Assembly: GCA_030390025.1 (NCBI GenBank)
Contig: CM059431.1
Coordinates: 139,626,001-139,690,000, forward strand
Direction: 5' to 3'
Origin: Squalus acanthias
Lineage: Eukaryota
DNA length: 64,000 bases
Shown here: piece by piece, positions 60,721 to 64,000 of the stretch
How the letters are laid out: every line of letters starts with the position of its first letter
Position numbering within the stretch: the first letter of the stretch is position 1
Notes under the pieces: generated by a model
Told to the model about the DNA's origin: nothing
Database searches by the model: none
Seen by the model: only the letters and a program-made list of their open reading frames with translations
Program-made: the position numbers and the translations under genes

Positions 60721-60956
60721 CTAATTGTGCTGTTACAAAGCGGGAGTTGTTGGTCAAGGAGTACAAGCGGAGGGAGAGAACAGTTCAGCAAAGACCATTG
60801 TAACTTTTAATGGAAATTGGATAAACATTTGAAGATACGGATCGATGGGACAGCGTGTGACGGTGAGATTAGTTTAGCTTTGTTCTGGTAAAGAGCCGGT
60901 GCAGACATAGTGGCCTGATGCTTGCATTCTGTGCAGTAAACATCCATGTCAGTAAA

Positions 60957-61138
60957 GGGGGAATTGATATCTCGGGCGCTGCAGGAATGGGCTGCCAACA
61001 GCAGGGGCGCTATTGCCCACTGGCAGCCTGTGATTTTCCTCACAGTGAAATGAGTGAAGGGACAATCGCGGGCTGAGGGCGCAGTTCCCGACAGGTGATC
61101 CCGGCCGGCGTCAGGGGCGCTGAAGTGGAAAAATCTCA
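60957..61138. mobile_element. Decayed palindromic MITE-like element
   Basis: cagcctgtgattttcctcac pairs with gtgaagggacaatcgcgggctg. The end ctgaagtggaaaa is shared with about 41980. Confidence 0.4.
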
Positions 61139-61584
61139 AGCAAAAGGTTAAAGTGCTGTCCTGGGTAATAAAATGCCAGAACAGGCTGTGTGGGATAAAT
61201 CACTCCGGTCTGTTCCTGTATTCCAGTGACCGCTTCTTGTTATCAAAATCAGTTCAAATCCAGATGGTCCTGTTCAGGAGATTGAAACTGTGATGGAGTG
61301 AAGCAGCCCCCAATGGTATAACAGAAATCTCCCCTGTCTCCAGGCTGGTAGGTTCCTATCCTAAAATTCGGTGCAGCGTTCTCAGCCGAGTTCTCAGAGC
61401 AACTTGGACAGAATTTCCAGCGAGGTGCCCGAACTCCCTCCATAACTTTGGCGGGAGATCAGGGGAATCTTTCATTTCTGAAGGTAGAGGGGACCAGGTT
61501 CAGGAACAACATCAACTGTTTGTGAAACTAAGAGTAGCCGTGCAATAGGAGGAGCCAGCTCAAGGATCCTAGATTGAGTTATTA

Positions 61585-62410
61585 TTGTGGATGATCATCG
61601 CCATTATGGCCTTGACGGAGGCCTGGCTGAGGGGTGATGACACCTTTCCCCTCAATGAAGCTTCCCCACCTGGCAATACCTTCCACCATTCGCCCCGCTC
61701 AATCCACTGCAGTGGTGGTGTAGCTCGTATCTCTAAATCACACCTTGGGCTGGCTCTCTTCTCCTCTGGTAACTTCTCCTTTGAGCATCTGGCCCTGTTT
61801 CACCCCTCTTGCCTCTCATTCCCGCCCCGCACCGTTACCCCTGGAATCGCCAAGGATCTATCCTGGGCTCCCTCCTATTTCTCAGCTGCATGCTATAATA
61901 CGTCAGTTTCCACATGTACACTGACGACATCCAGCTCTACCTAACCACGACCCCTCCCTCGACCCAGTGCTTTCCGTGATATCAGACTGCTTGTCGAACA
62001 AATAATCCTGGATGAGACACAATTTCCTCCAATTAAACATTGGAAAACCGAAACATTGTCTTCACCCCGCTCCCCACACGCCACGAACTCCACACCCTCA
62101 TCATGGATTCCAGCCCCTCCCTGGACTCTGTCTCGGGCTGAACCAGACTGATCGCATCCTCGGCTTCCTACTTGACTGAGCTGAGCTTTCCACCCCACAT
62201 CCTCTCCATCACCAAGATAGCCTAGTTCCACCTCCGTAATATCGACCGTCTCCTCTTCTACCTCTGCTATTCTGCTGCTGAAACCGTCACCTGACTTTTG
62301 TTTTCTCCGGTCCCGACGGTTCCAATATTCTCCTGGCCGGCCTCCCATCTTCCACTTTCCATAAACAGAAGCTCATCCAAACCTCTGCCGGCTGTATCAT
62401 AACCGGCACC
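61585..62410 (+). mobile_element. Internally deleted L2-type LINE (endonuclease start joined to RT end)
   Basis: IMALTEAWLRGDD..PPG.TFHH.PR...GGVA, then ggatctatcctggg, ctgacgacatccagctctac (DD.QLY) and ggaaaaccgaa. Confidence 0.75.
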
Positions 62411-62459
62411 AAGAGACGGTCCACCTGCCCCACTGAGATAAACACTCCATTAGATTTTT

Positions 62460-62830
62460 AAATTGTTTTTTGTACCTGTGTATTGGCGTTTAATCATTTG
62501 TGCACTTGGACTCTCAAATCTCTGCTCCTTCGACAGTTCCTACTTTCTCACCATTTAGAAAATACTCCGATTTATCTTTCCTGGGTCCAAAGTGGGTGAC
62601 CTGAGACGTGCCCACATTTAACTTCATTTGCCGCAGTGTTTCCACTCAATTACTCTCTCAATGTCCCTTTACAGCTGTGTGCTCCGGTCCCCACTACTTA
62701 CTGTCCCCTGAACGGAGGGTCATCCGTGAGTTTGGATATAAAACTCCCTATTCCTTCATCCCAGACATTAATAAATATAGTGAAAATTTGAGTCCCCAGA
62801 ACTGAGCCCTGGGGAACATGACTTGTCACT
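62460..62830 (-). mobile_element. Decayed CR1 RT fragment
   Basis: ORF 62698-62904: [25 protein letters not shown]...ISKL.DD. Confidence 0.75.
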
Positions 62831-63019
62831 TCAATGGTATTAAACATTGGGAGTGATGTAAAACGGGCTGCCGACTCACCGTCACCCGTTTTACACAATC
62901 GCATGAAGTCAAGATCTACCCCCTTGTTAAATAATAGTAAATGAGAAGCAAAAACATCGCCCGGGGTGTAAAATCGATGCCAATTGGTTACCTCCTGTTT
63001 TTCAACAGGTGACTAAAGT

Positions 63020-63131
63020 TTTCCTACATTCCAACAGTGACTACACTTCAAAAGTACTTCATTGGCTGTAAAGCGTTTTGGAACGCCCTGCGGTCCTGAG
63101 AGGCGCTATAGAAATGCAATTCTTTCTTTCT
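63020..63131 (+). mobile_element. SINE 3' fragment (Deu-type)
   Basis: ttcctacatt..cagtgactacacttcaaaagtacttcattggctgtaaagcg..aggcgctatagaaatgcaa plus a (tttc)n tail. Confidence 0.75.
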
Positions 63132-63322
63132 AAAATTACCGCCATGTCTAACATTGATTAAAAAACCCACTGAGGACATTAACAATGTTTCACGTTTCAC
63201 CAACACCATGTTCTGACTGTACTGAGTCTATTTTTGCTGTAACCTCTCATCAAAATCAGTGACCCTTCAGTTTCAATTCCTGAAGTGAACCGTCCACGAC
63301 TATTTACAACTTCTATTCACAG

Positions 63323-63488
63323 CTCCAAATGCCACAATCATTGAGATGCTCCGAACGTGGGGTGCTGACCAGCTGTACAAACTGGTGAAATTCTCCCGGG
63401 ACAGACTGGAGCAGGCGATGAAGAAGGGCTGGACGGTGTCATGGTGGGGTTAATCTAAGAGGAATAACTCAGTGGATTACAACATCGG
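63323..63488 (+). pseudogene. Disabled exon resembling the N-terminal (CARD/death-fold-like) domain of chondrichthyan NLR (NACHT-LRR) proteins
   Basis: ttctattcacag|...|gtaagt. Translates PNATIIEMLRTWGADQLYKLVKFSRDRLEQAMKKG, then after a 1-nt shift DGVMVGLI*EE*LSGLQHR. Resembles, from memory, the motif QLFQLTKFYRDRLEQAIEEGV.GV of shark NLRP3/NLRC3-like proteins. Confidence 0.65.
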
Positions 63489-63791
63489 GTAAGTGGCAGA
63501 AACACAGACTGAGATTGGTTGGTTTCAGTATCTCACAAGCAGCAGGAAGCTGCAGCCCAGAAATTGCTGATAATGATGTTGTTGGATAAACACATCACAC
63601 TTTACTGTGAGATCCCTCTCGGTGCTATTTTAGCTCAAGGTTTATCCCCTTCAAATAAGAAAATTCCAGAGCAAGGTGATCTGAATGTGTGAAATGCTCA
63701 AATCCGCTAATATCGCCAATGGTAATTGCTGCCTCGTGGTTTTACCCACCACCTGCCCTGAAATCGTTTAACTCTGATCTACTAATAAACA

Positions 63792-64000
63792 CACAGAATC
63801 ACAGAATCCCCACAGTGCAGATAGAGGCCATTTCGACCCATCGAGCCTGCACCGACACATATCCCACCCTATCCCCGTAACCCCACATATTTAATCCCCC
63901 TAACACTAAGGGTCAATTTATCATAGCCAAATCAACCTAACCCGCACATCTTTGGACTGTGGGAGGAAACCGGAGCACCCGGAGGAAACCCACGCAGACA
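63792..64000 (-). mobile_element. HE1-like V-SINE (runs off the window end)
   Basis: aacctaacccgcacatctttggactgtgggaggaaaccggagcacccggaggaaacccacgcagaca (V-domain core, reversed) with a CR1-like tail. Confidence 0.85.

Overview
Vertebrate genomic DNA, most likely from a cartilaginous fish: the CR1 tails, HE1-like and Deu-type SINEs, Penelope pLTRs and gene families all point to sharks or rays, but the species cannot be fixed from sequence alone. The window is repeat-dense. The only intact host genes I can support are three two-exon class A GPCRs of the GPR139/GPR142-like type (17205-18613 +, 28686-30048 -, 42157-43863 +). All three have an identical 70-nt first coding exon and a phase-1 intron, and each sits downstream of a related minisatellite array. 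A frameshifted exon resembling the N-terminus of shark NLR (NACHT-LRR) genes lies at 63323-63488, preceded by two paralogous promoter/first-exon-like modules. The rest is many nested CR1 and L2 LINE copies, a truncated Gypsy LTR element, Penelope-like fragments carrying three minimal hammerhead ribozyme motifs, a permuted 5S rDNA orphon, palindromic MITE-like elements, a direct segmental duplication (about 2.2-8.3 kb versus 23.0-26.7 kb), a CpG-island-like promoter fragment, and several minisatellites (26, 40, 40, 49, 58, 78 and about 22 bp units). Family assignments come from motif recognition by eye, not database searches, and repeat boundaries are approximate.
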